Shown here: positions 39,304-48,164 of the stretch, piece after piece
Layout: each line of letters begins with the position of its first letter
Position numbering within the stretch: position 1 is the stretch's first letter
DNA from: an uncultured Candidatus Saccharibacteria bacterium
Lineage (GTDB): Bacteria > Patescibacteriota > Minisyncoccia > Phycocordibacterales > UBA12088
Reading direction: 5' to 3'
Assembly (NCBI GenBank): GCA_964411375.1
Contig: CAYPKR010000001.1
Location: 238,807-302,806, forward strand
DNA: 64,000 nt
The notes under the pieces: model-generated
Told to the model about the DNA's origin: nothing
The model's database searches: none
Seen by the model: only the letters and a program-made list of their open reading frames with translations
Translations under genes and position numbers: made by a program

Positions 39304-39636
39304 ATGAATACAACGACCAAAGTGATCGCTGTCCTCATCGTGCTTGGTGCGATTGGAGGCGGCGCGTATCTTCTTCGGAAGGATACCCCGAGTGAACCGA
39401 TAGTAGAGCAGCAAACTACGGAAACACCCGAGCAGGAACAGCCAACCGTAACAACCGCATCTTCAACACTTCCTGTTGCTAGCGGTGATATCGACTCCGA
39501 CCTTGCCGCACTTTCTGCCGAAGCCGCATTTGAAGGCACGCTTGCTGCAGATAATACTGCGGATGGCACCGCCGCAATGGACGATAGAGCCGACATTACC
39601 AGCATCAACGATTCCTATGGTGAAAATAATTTCTAG
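39304..39636 (+). CDS. Small membrane-anchored acidic protein
   Basis: N-terminal TM, low-complexity acidic tail. Confidence 0.65.
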   Translation: MNTTTKVIAVLIVLGAIGGGAYLLRKDTPSEPIVEQQTTETPEQEQPTVTTASSTLPVASGDIDSDLAALSAEAAFEGTLAADNTADGTAAMDDRADITSINDSYGENNF

Positions 39637-40384
39637 TCCTGCCGTGAAGAAATTCGTCAGTGCATCAATTGCAGTGGCTCTTATTGCCCCAGCACTTGCG
39701 TTTGCTCACACAGAGAATGAGGCGGCAGTGGCACAAGCACCAAAAGGATTTTGTGCGAATGTCGCTGAATTTCAAACAACCGTAAGCGGTACGCTTGCCG
39801 AACGCCTTCAAAAGATCGAAAGCAAAAAAGCAGATCGGTTGAAGCAGATTGCAGATAATCGCACAAAACGCGATAAGGAACTCACTGAAGATCGCGCCCA
39901 GTGGGATCAGAATCGCGCAGAACATTACGCAAAATTGCTTGAAAAGGCATCTACTACTGATCAGCAGACTGCAGTCGGAGCATTTAAGACAACGATTGAA
40001 AACGCCGTAACTGCACGCCGTGCCACAATTGACGCCGCAGTTAAGGCATACCGAGATGGTGTTGATCAGGCGGTTGGTGCTCGCCAAGGTAGTACTGCTA
40101 GTGCGGAAGCCGCAATAAAAACTGCATTCGATACCGCTCTCCAAACTGCAGTTACTGATTGTGCTGCTTCGAAAGATCCGAAGACTGTTCGCACCACCGC
40201 CATGGCAGCGCTTAAAAAGGCACGCACTGATTTCACCACTGCAATGAAAGCACTCGATAAGTCAGATACGACGATTCAAACGCTTGCAAAGACTCGCAGT
40301 GATGCGGTAAAGAAGGCGATTGCTGATTTTGATACAACTCGAAAGTCAGCAGCTGAAACACTTCGCGCTGCATGGAAAAAATAA
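39617..40384 (+). CDS. Secreted Ala/Lys-rich coiled-coil protein
   Basis: Signal peptide ending AFA; helical repeats. Confidence 0.7.
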   Translation: MVKIISSPAVKKFVSASIAVALIAPALAFAHTENEAAVAQAPKGFCANVAEFQTTVSGTLAERLQKIESKKADRLKQIADNRTKRDKELTEDRAQWDQNRAEHYAKLLEKASTTDQQTAVGAFKTTIENAVTARRATIDAAVKAYRDGVDQAVGARQGSTASAEAAIKTAFDTALQTAVTDCAASKDPKTVRTTAMAALKKARTDFTTAMKALDKSDTTIQTLAKTRSDAVKKAIADFDTTRKSAAETLRAAWKK

Positions 40385-40515
40385 GCCAGGAACGATTAGG
40401 CTAGGGGTGAAGTCCTAAGTCAAGTAATCGAGGTCAACACACGCCGTCTCCATATGAGGCGGCGTGTGTTAGTATGTCACCCATATTGCTAACCACCCGT
40501 AATTCTTCATGAAAT

Positions 40516-41430
40516 ATGAAATATCTCGCTAGCCTTACTCTCGTACTTATTCCAACTCTTTCTTTTGCTGCAGTGCAGTCAAATATCACCACTTCTGTTG
40601 ATGGCACAACCGTCCATCTCGATACGGCAACTGGTGTGCACGATGTGCAGATCCAAAATGTACAAGTGGTAAATGGAGAAGTGCAGGTCGAGACAACCGT
40701 TGACGGTAAAACTATTAAAACTATTTCGACTCCGTCAGGAAACGGCACAAAAACCACAGTGACGGTCGACGGTGTAACGCGCGTGTTTGAAGGTGCACTG
40801 CCAACTGAATTTGCAACAATCACTGCCGATGGCTCCAACATACGCATAACAGGCGATACGGTTACTATTACGAAGGGGGAAGGAGGAGCGCAGTCATTTT
40901 CAAAAATCCAGCTCTCAAATGAAGTGTCGTCAGACGAAGGCGGTATGCGCACCATTCGCGCTTCAAAGGCACACGACAGCGCAGTATTCACTTCTCTTCT
41001 GTCGGTTGGAGCCATTTCTGCCGATCCAGTTACTGTAAAGTCAGACGAAGATTTGTCGCTCTACGCAGCAAATGTGGTCAGTCGTAACTCGGACATCGAT
41101 TCTGCAGCATTTGGCGGCGGTTCAATTGATGTATCTCTTCGCGACCACACAAAACTCTTCGGCGTGATTCCCATGAATCGCACGTACCATGTACTTGCGT
41201 CAAAACTCGATTCTGATTCAAATGTCCAAGTTCAGCTCCCATGGTGGAATATATTCGCTGCTAAACCGGCAATCGCGGAGGGAAATACCAAAGCAAAGCT
41301 ATCCGAAAATCTGAAGGCGGCAGTTACCGGAGCTTCTACAACTGCAGGAAAACAAGCACTTGCACTCGCAACGATTGCAAATACACTGCAATTAAGCGCA
41401 GAAGCGAATGCTTCCGTGGAAACACATTAA
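40516..41430 (+). CDS. Secreted hypothetical protein
   Basis: Signal peptide; T/V-rich repeats; KLFG.IP...V..PWW motif. Confidence 0.7.
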   Translation: MKYLASLTLVLIPTLSFAAVQSNITTSVDGTTVHLDTATGVHDVQIQNVQVVNGEVQVETTVDGKTIKTISTPSGNGTKTTVTVDGVTRVFEGALPTEFATITADGSNIRITGDTVTITKGEGGAQSFSKIQLSNEVSSDEGGMRTIRASKAHDSAVFTSLLSVGAISADPVTVKSDEDLSLYAANVVSRNSDIDSAAFGGGSIDVSLRDHTKLFGVIPMNRTYHVLASKLDSDSNVQVQLPWWNIFAAKPAIAEGNTKAKLSENLKAAVTGASTTAGKQALALATIANTLQLSAEANASVETH

Positions 41431-41446
41431 TCACTTCATTTGTTCT

Positions 41447-41875
41447 ATGTTCCATTCAAAATATGCGAAATGGTTTCTTCTTCTCTTGGCTGTCGTAATA
41501 ATCGGCGGTGGAGCACTGGCATTTATTCTTCGTGGTACATTGGTTGCGACGGGAGAACATGGCACGCTTCGCGGTCAGGTGACCGTTGGACCACTCTGTC
41601 CAGTTGAACATACCGGCACTACTTGTACTGATCCAGTCAGTGCAAATCGTTCGAGAGAAGTTATTGTGTATGCGGCAACAGTTTTGAAAAAAGAAGTAGC
41701 CCGAACCAATTTGTCGCCGTTCGGAGAATACACACTACAACTTCCACCTGGCGAATATACCGTCGACATGGGATACGTTGGGGTCGACTCATCAAAAGAT
41801 CTTCCGCACCAAGTAACAATCAAACCAGGCGAAACAACGGAATTCAATTTCTCAATCGATACCGGCGTCAGATAA
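41447..41875 (+). CDS. Membrane-anchored beta-sandwich protein
   Basis: G.V.VGP.CPVE...C, LPPG.Y, IDTG.R. Confidence 0.7.
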   Translation: MFHSKYAKWFLLLLAVVIIGGGALAFILRGTLVATGEHGTLRGQVTVGPLCPVEHTGTTCTDPVSANRSREVIVYAATVLKKEVARTNLSPFGEYTLQLPPGEYTVDMGYVGVDSSKDLPHQVTIKPGETTEFNFSIDTGVR

Positions 41876-42121
41876 TAATCAAAAATAATTTCCGAATGAA
41901 CACGCATTCGGAAATTATTTTTTCTGGAAAAAGAAATCCACAGAAAAATCTTGTCCACACCCACTTGCTCTTACTTCCGCGCTATCATTACGGTAGCTCA
42001 CGAGCTTGAAGGGAGGTGGTCACTCCTAATCCAAGTTTCGAAAAACGGGCGGCGATGGCGCGCCCCGCGTGGCGAAGAAGAATATTACATCTTCGGAGAC
42101 TTGCGGAAACGTCTCTCTACA

Positions 42122-42160
42122 ATGGCAAAGAAAAAGAAGGCAGCAAAGAAGAAGAGATAA
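42122..42160 (+). CDS. 12-aa Lys-rich micropeptide MAKKKKAAKKKR
   Basis: ATG...TAA, followed by terminator-like hairpin 42189-42210 and T-run. Confidence 0.45.
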   Translation: MAKKKKAAKKKR

Positions 42161-42308
42161 TCTCCTCTCCATAGCTTGAAAAAGAAAGCACCCGATATCT
42201 TGTCGGGTGATTTCTTTTCCACTTTTCCCTGGAAAACCCTTTACTTTTCCGGCATAAAAGTTTAATAATAGCCACATTGATGAGAATATTTATTTACCGA
42301 TATTCCTA

Positions 42309-43796
42309 ATGCAAATCACGAACGCTCCCACGGCTCCGCTAGCGACGGACACACAGAAAATAGAAAAAGAGCTGTACACGAAGGCGACATTTCCTGGTCG
42401 TCTTGTGGTTCTTGGACACGGCACAATCGCACAGGCAATATTGCCAATGCTTCTCAAGCATACCGACATCACGCCAGAGCGGATGCGCATCATAACCGCT
42501 GATGAGACGGGGAGAATCTCTGCAAGCGCGTACGGCATCGAATTTGTTGTCGAGTCTCTGACTCGGGAAAACTATGCGAAGGTGCTCGAAAAAAACCTCG
42601 TTCGTGACGACTTTCTCCTCAATCTATCGGTAGATGTGGCTTCATTTGATCTTATCGAATGGTGCCAACGAAACGGCGTTTTGTATGTAGATACTTCGAC
42701 CGAGCGCTGGCCAGGCTTTTCCGTCGATCCTTCAATTCCACCGGAAGAGCGTACCAATTACGCACAACACGAAGAATTTTCGCGGATGCGTCAGAAGTTT
42801 CCTGAAGGTCCGACGGCAGTTGTTGATCATGGTGCCAATCCCGGACTTATTTCCCATTTCATCAAAGCAGCGCTTCTGGAGATTGCAAAAGACACGACGG
42901 GTGCTTCGTGGGATCAATCGAATACACCAAAGACTCGGGAAGAATGGGCGGCACTCATGCGCGATCTTCGTGTGCGCACCATTCAAGTAGCTGAACGCGA
43001 TACCCAGACTACACGAGTACTCCGAGAAAAAGATGAATTTGTTAATACATGGTCAATCGATGGATTCCTGAGCGAAGCGACGCAACCAGTGGAACTCGGG
43101 TGGGGAAGTCATGAAAAAGAATTACCGGCGGACGGACATTTTCCTTCAACAGGAAATAAAGCAGCAATTTTCCTTGATCGACCTGGTGCACTTACTCCCG
43201 TTCGCTCATGGACGCCGCGCGAAGGTTCGTATCACGGCTTCCTCATTACTCATGATGAATCTATTTCTACTGCCGATTACTACACCATTATGGAGGGAGA
43301 GCAGACGGCGTATCGTCCAACCGTAATGTATGCATACCTTCCTTGTGACGACACGGTTATTTCACTCCGTGAATTTGCCGGCAACAACTGGAAGCAGCCA
43401 CGTAAAAAGCGCGTACTCGGTGATGATATCGAACATGGTTCTGATGAGCTTGGCGCACTACTTCTTGGGCATAAAAAGCGTGCATATTGGTTTGGCTCCG
43501 ACCTTTCGATCGCGCAAGCTCGTGAACTTCTTCCACATCAAAATGCGACAAGTATGCAGGTTGCCGCTGGGGCCCTCTCTGCCTTAATTTGGACACTTGA
43601 AAATCCAAAACGCGGCATCTTGAAACCGGAGGAAATTGATTTTCGTCGCATCCTTGATATCGCAATGCCGTATCTTGGAACGGTTCATGGCAAATATACG
43701 AATTGGTCGCCACTTCGTGATCGCAAGGATCAGTTGTTTCCTGAAGACATCGCTTCAGCAGATCCGTGGCAGTTTAAAAATTTCCGCGTTACCTAA
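42309..43796 (+). CDS. hss: Homospermidine synthase
   Basis: NLSVDV.S, GANPG..S, AERDTQ, FVNTWS.DGF..E, TH.ES, NAT..QV. Confidence 0.92.
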   Translation: MQITNAPTAPLATDTQKIEKELYTKATFPGRLVVLGHGTIAQAILPMLLKHTDITPERMRIITADETGRISASAYGIEFVVESLTRENYAKVLEKNLVRDDFLLNLSVDVASFDLIEWCQRNGVLYVDTSTERWPGFSVDPSIPPEERTNYAQHEEFSRMRQKFPEGPTAVVDHGANPGLISHFIKAALLEIAKDTTGASWDQSNTPKTREEWAALMRDLRVRTIQVAERDTQTTRVLREKDEFVNTWSIDGFLSEATQPVELGWGSHEKELPADGHFPSTGNKAAIFLDRPGALTPVRSWTPREGSYHGFLITHDESISTADYYTIMEGEQTAYRPTVMYAYLPCDDTVISLREFAGNNWKQPRKKRVLGDDIEHGSDELGALLLGHKKRAYWFGSDLSIAQARELLPHQNATSMQVAAGALSALIWTLENPKRGILKPEEIDFRRILDIAMPYLGTVHGKYTNWSPLRDRKDQLFPEDIASADPWQFKNFRVT

Positions 43797-43818
43797 AATT
43801 AGCTTTCAGAATGAATTT

Positions 43819-43852
43819 GTACCAAAAATCGCCCTAGGGCGATTTTTGGTAC
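43819..43852. terminator. Bidirectional hairpin terminator
   Basis: GTACCAAAAATCGCCCTAGGGCGATTTTTGGTAC palindrome between convergent genes. Confidence 0.7.
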
Positions 43853-43870
43853 TGGAAAAAGCTGCGTAAA

Positions 43871-44068
43871 TTATTTTGCCTTACGAGAAAGGCGGACGGC
43901 AATATACGCCATAATGAGTGGGACACCAAGCAGAATGTAGCTCCACCACATTGGAACGGGGAAGCCGCCGATCACAACATCCCATTGAAACAGAATGCGG
44001 GAGAGTTGGAGGATTGCGATAAGGGAGAAGAGACCGCTAGTAATCGCGAGATAATTTTTGAGGTGCAT
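43871..44068 (-). CDS. Small two-TM membrane protein
   Basis: F.LIA.L..R....W.V.IG...VP.W.S pattern. Confidence 0.7.
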   Translation of the reverse strand: MHLKNYLAITSGLFSLIAILQLSRILFQWDVVIGGFPVPMWWSYILLGVPLIMAYIAVRLSRKAK

Positions 44069-44144
44069 ACGAACCTTAAGGGTGAGTAATAAAGACACCT
44101 ATAGGGTAACGTGTTGCCAAATTTGCTTCAAGGGGAGTTGTTCA

Positions 44145-44315
44145 GTGAGAGGTTTGAGGGAGTTTGGTCACAGATAATTTTGCTTCGCAACATCTCCGCG
44201 ACCCCGCCTCAAGAAAAGTCCCCCGGACTTTTCTTTCCGGCTTTCAATACCACCGGAGCTTTCTATCTCCACAAGAAAAATAAAAACGCCTTCCTAGGCG
44301 TTTTTATTTTTCTTG
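44145..44315 (-). repeat. tRNA-trailer element D (tmRNA)
   Basis: 42/50 identity to 2168-2217; inverted copy of tmRNA 3' end (TTCAATAC 44243-44250, ATCTCCAC 44265-44272). Confidence 0.85.
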
Positions 44316-44705
44316 TGGAGATGGGGGGATTGAACCCCCGTCCGAAACGGGGCAGGGTTGCGTTCTACAAAGCGTATTCTACTTTATTCCTTTAGGCCGG
44401 TATGGTCGAAGTAGACCAAATGCATACCGAACCGATCTCCTTATTTAACGGGTGTGCCGGAGCATTCACACACGCGAATCCGAATTATATTACACCAGCT
44501 CTAACCTATCGGATGAAGGAAAGAGGGATGCGCTTATGCAGTTGCGTAAGCGAACGCGAAGTCGTTCATCTGGAAAGGAGATAAAACTGACTTTGCGCGT
44601 GCGAGAGTATTCTTTGCACTTATTGGTTCCAGTTTTTTAGGAAGGACTGGGCTTCCGCTTCGCTCGCAGACTCTACGGAACCGAATCGTCGAAACTGACA
44701 TCCCC
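44316..44705 (-). ncRNA. ssrA: tmRNA (transfer-messenger RNA)
   Basis: 5' GGGGATG...TTCGAC; 3' GGGTTCAATCCCCCCATCTCCA with G3-U70; tag ORF ending AFAYATA*; directly downstream of smpB. Confidence 0.93.
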
Positions 44706-44770
44706 CACATCCAATCTGCAGGAGCAGATTGGATGTGGCGAACCACCTCTATTCAATTGACGATGAGCAA

Positions 44771-45217
44771 CTATCTCGCTTTCATCTCGCGATCCATCTC
44801 GCGCTTCGTATCGCGCGTTTTCAGGGTTTCGCGCTTATCAAATTTCTTCTTGCCGCGGACAATCGCGACCTTGACCTTGATGTAGCGGCCTTTACTATAC
44901 ATTAAAATTGGGACTATTGTCAACCCCTTCGCACCCTCGGCGTCCGTTATTTTTTCGATGTCTTTTGCGCCAAGGAGTAGTTTTCGCGTTCGATCCATTT
45001 CGTAACTCGTTGGGGCATTTTTGGGCTGATGTGCGGGAATGGTTGCGCCAACAAGGAAGACCTCTCCGCCACGTCCAATGACCCTTGCGCTCTCGATTGA
45101 GCCCTGACCGCCCCGGACCGACTTCACTTCAAAACCAAACAGCTCAATACCCGCCTCGATTTCTTCGAGGATTTCATAGTTGAAATGTGCTTTTTTATTC
45201 GATATGAAAGTCGACAT
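44771..45217 (-). CDS. smpB: SsrA-binding protein
   Basis: NKKA.F.Y.I...EAGI.L.G.EVKS, R.RKLLL, GKK..DKR. Confidence 0.96.
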   Translation of the reverse strand: MSTFISNKKAHFNYEILEEIEAGIELFGFEVKSVRGGQGSIESARVIGRGGEVFLVGATIPAHQPKNAPTSYEMDRTRKLLLGAKDIEKITDAEGAKGLTIVPILMYSKGRYIKVKVAIVRGKKKFDKRETLKTRDTKREMDREMKAR

Positions 45218-45269
45218 ATCGGAACAATACCACAGGCTATGCTCTATAGGGGAGTGGTATACTGGCTAT

Positions 45270-46103
45270 ATGAATCCAGAAATTTTTACGAAAGATGGGG
45301 TATACGCGATGCTCGCACTTGATCATGATGCTTCCTTTAAAAAAATGATTGCCGGAGGAAATTCTGCTTATGTCCCGAAAGAAGCAATTGTCGATCTGAA
45401 GAGACAAATCATCGAACCGCTCCTTCCGCATATGAGTGGAATGCTTATAGACTCTGAATACGGACTTCCGGCGTATCGTGGCGCTATCGAAAAAACAGGT
45501 AGCGGCACGTCGTACCTTCTTCGTATTGAAAAAAGTGGTTATTCAGGAGATGAAAATAATCGCATCAATGATCGTCAATTTACCGCAAGCGAACTTGAAA
45601 ATGACGGCGCAAAAGGAGTGAAGTTACTTCTCTACATCAATCCATCAGTTCCTGCGTTTGCGCTGCAAAAGGAATTTGCGAGACAAGTGATCGAAGAATC
45701 GCATGCGGCAAACCTTCCCGTATTTGTTGAATTTGTTACGTACAATGTTCCGGGGAATAGTATGACTCGCTTCGAAATGATGGATACCGCACTTACCGGC
45801 TTCATCAGTGATGGCATTGTGCCGGATGTGTGGAAACTTGAATATCCAGAATCTCCCGAACTCTGTGAAAAAATAACTGAGCGTGTCGGAAATACGCCAT
45901 GGATTTTACTTTCTCGCGGCGTTACCTTCGATGAATTTCTTCCCCAATTATCTGCTGCTGCAAACGTGGGGTGCAAAGGATTTCTTGCTGGTCGTGCCCT
46001 GTGGCAGGAAGTAGGCACAAAGAGCGAAGCAGACAAAGAAGTATTTCTTACCAAAGAGGTGCCGGAGCGATTTGAAAAGATGATCGGCGCATTCAAAAAA
46101 TAA
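45270..46103 (+). CDS. Tagatose-1,6-bisphosphate aldolase-like class I aldolase (LacD family)
   Basis: LA.DH, L.D.EYG, VKLL.Y, DVWKLE.P, PW..LS.GV, GFLAGRALW. Confidence 0.85.
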   Translation: MNPEIFTKDGVYAMLALDHDASFKKMIAGGNSAYVPKEAIVDLKRQIIEPLLPHMSGMLIDSEYGLPAYRGAIEKTGSGTSYLLRIEKSGYSGDENNRINDRQFTASELENDGAKGVKLLLYINPSVPAFALQKEFARQVIEESHAANLPVFVEFVTYNVPGNSMTRFEMMDTALTGFISDGIVPDVWKLEYPESPELCEKITERVGNTPWILLSRGVTFDEFLPQLSAAANVGCKGFLAGRALWQEVGTKSEADKEVFLTKEVPERFEKMIGAFKK

Positions 46104-46105
46104 CC

Positions 46106-46699
46106 ATGTTTGATTTTCGCCGAGCGCTTCAGTTCACCAGTCTCCTCGAGCAATTTCAAAAGGTGGTGCGTAAAGCCTACGTTCCAGGTGAAAATCGTGG
46201 CGAGAATGATGTTGAGCATAGTTACAAACTCGCCATGATGGCGTGGTATTTGGTTGAGGCGTACAAACTGCCGCTCGATACAAACAAAATAGTAAAGTAT
46301 GCACTTGTCCACGACTTTGTGGAGGTACATGCAGGGGATACAGTCGTGTGGGACACTGAAGCGGTTAAAACAAAACACGCGCGTGAAGCCGCGGCACAAG
46401 AACAACTACGGAAAGATTGGCAGGATTTTCCTGGACTGAGTTATCATATCGACAGTTACGAAAATAAAGTTGATGATGAAGCGCGATTTGTATACGCACT
46501 CGATAAACTCTTTTTCATGTTTCCAGAATATTTGGCTGAGTGGCGGACGATCATCGAACTCAAGGTTTCGTATCTCGAAGAACTTGAGAATAAGATGGAA
46601 AAAACAAAAGTGCATCCATTCGTCCATGAATGGTGTCTCGATGTTTTTAAAGAACTCAAAAAAGAAGAGGAGAGATTGTGGAAGAAAGAGATCGCTTGA
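46106..46699 (+). CDS. HD-domain hydrolase (YfbR-like)
   Basis: END.EHS, ALVHD.VE..AGD, EA.FV..LDK. Confidence 0.88.
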   Translation: MFDFRRALQFTSLLEQFQKVVRKAYVPGENRGENDVEHSYKLAMMAWYLVEAYKLPLDTNKIVKYALVHDFVEVHAGDTVVWDTEAVKTKHAREAAAQEQLRKDWQDFPGLSYHIDSYENKVDDEARFVYALDKLFFMFPEYLAEWRTIIELKVSYLEELENKMEKTKVHPFVHEWCLDVFKELKKEEERLWKKEIA

Positions 46700-46729
46700 A
46701 CATTTTTTCGTTGGGCGCATACTGATCCT

Positions 46730-46975
46730 ATGAAAAAGCTCAAAAAAGTATTTGTGCCGCCATGGCTTCGATGGTTTCTCTTTCCGCTCTATATCATCAT
46801 TTGGGCATTCATTACCTATATCGAATATTTTGGTCCGGAAAATAGTCGTCACGAATTGGGAACAATCGGATTCCTCTTCATCTCCGTAATTTTCGGCGGT
46901 CTCATGATCATGTTTTACCTCATGACCAGTGGCAAGTTGCCTGCCTATCTCATCGAAGAAGATGACGAGAAATAA
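46730..46975 (+). CDS. Small two-TM protein
   Basis: Two hydrophobic helices; G.LPAY.IE tail. Confidence 0.65.
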   Translation: MKKLKKVFVPPWLRWFLFPLYIIIWAFITYIEYFGPENSRHELGTIGFLFISVIFGGLMIMFYLMTSGKLPAYLIEEDDEK

Positions 46976-46996
46976 GCCTCGCGCTACAATATCTTC

Positions 46997-48151
46997 ATGA
47001 AATACACCCTTCGCATTGTTGCATGTTTTGCACTGATGTTTGGTTTCGGTTTATCCGCAAATGCCGCCACTATCTCAGCAGGAGAGCACTATACGCTCGC
47101 AAATGATCAGCATATTACCGGTAACGTATATGCTGCCGGAAAAGATGTCTCGATTCTTGGAAGTGTGCTTGGAGACACGGTTCTCGGTGGAAATAAAATT
47201 CTGGTTAACGGTGCAGTCGTTGGCGATGTACTTGCTGGTGGAAGCACGATTGATATTCTCTCGCCAATTTCTGGAGACGCGCGAGTCGCAGGCGGCACTA
47301 TAACAATTGGTAATACCATAAACGGCGACGTCGTAATTGTTGGTGGCACGGTGCATCTTCTTGCGGGTTCGGTAGTTCGAGGAGATGTGCTTATCGCTGG
47401 AGGAAATATCGCGCTTGATGGTGCTGTTGATGGCAATGTCAAAGTAGCCGGCGGTTCGATTTCACTCGAAGGTCCAGTTAAAGGGAATGTTGATGTGAAG
47501 GCAGGGCAAAGTCTCAAATTTGGAACAACAGGAACTATCGGCGGATATTTCCATTATCGCGCTCCAGAAGAACTCACGATTCGAGACGGCGCAGTTCGTG
47601 GAGAGGTGAAATATGACGCGCCTGCAGCTCCGAAGAAAGGTGCACCTGCAATTCTTGCCGTTATCCTCGGTGCATTCTTCCTCATGATGCTGGGCGGACT
47701 GGGTCTTTCAAGTATTATCGCCGTTCTCGCATTTCCTGCATGTACACACATCATTATGGAGCGAGGAGTTACTCGCTTTGGAAGCACCTTTCTTATTGGA
47801 TTTGCAGTGTTAGTTGCAACACCAGTTCTTGCGGTCGTCGCTATGGTGACCTTGGTTGGATTACTGCCAGGATCGATACTCCTCCTTGCCTACATCGCAC
47901 TCCTTATCGTTGCAAAAATATATGCGGGTATCTTAGTTGGTGCATTCCTTTCTAACTGGTGGAAGAAAGAAATTCGAACCAACTGGAAATGGGCGCTTCT
48001 CGGTACATTTGTTCTTGCACTAATCAGCGTGGTTCCAGTTCTTGGCGGACTAGCATCCTTCCTCTTCTTCACTGCCTCTCTCGGCGCACTCTCTGTAAAA
48101 GGATATTTGTGGTGGAAAACCAGGAATAGTCATCACGAATCGTCTATATAA
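46997..48151 (+). CDS. Bactofilin-like beta-helix (polymer-forming) protein with C-terminal TM bundle
   Basis: Repeated G.V.GD..V.GG.I units followed by 5-6 TM. Confidence 0.8.
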   Translation: MKYTLRIVACFALMFGFGLSANAATISAGEHYTLANDQHITGNVYAAGKDVSILGSVLGDTVLGGNKILVNGAVVGDVLAGGSTIDILSPISGDARVAGGTITIGNTINGDVVIVGGTVHLLAGSVVRGDVLIAGGNIALDGAVDGNVKVAGGSISLEGPVKGNVDVKAGQSLKFGTTGTIGGYFHYRAPEELTIRDGAVRGEVKYDAPAAPKKGAPAILAVILGAFFLMMLGGLGLSSIIAVLAFPACTHIIMERGVTRFGSTFLIGFAVLVATPVLAVVAMVTLVGLLPGSILLLAYIALLIVAKIYAGILVGAFLSNWWKKEIRTNWKWALLGTFVLALISVVPVLGGLASFLFFTASLGALSVKGYLWWKTRNSHHESSI

Positions 48152-48164
48152 GAAATCCTAGAGG

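Noticed and set aside
40385-40475. Possible riboswitch or ncRNA between secreted-protein genes
   Set aside because: Two hairpins are visible but no recognisable aptamer; most simply a terminator.
41930-41960. DnaA boxes / oriC
   Set aside because: Only two imperfect boxes (AAATCCACA, TTGTCCACA), with no dnaA/dnaN context.
45632-46405. 257-aa antisense ORF (and similar long antisense ORFs)
   Set aside because: Fully overlaps well-supported genes on the opposite strand and has no motifs.
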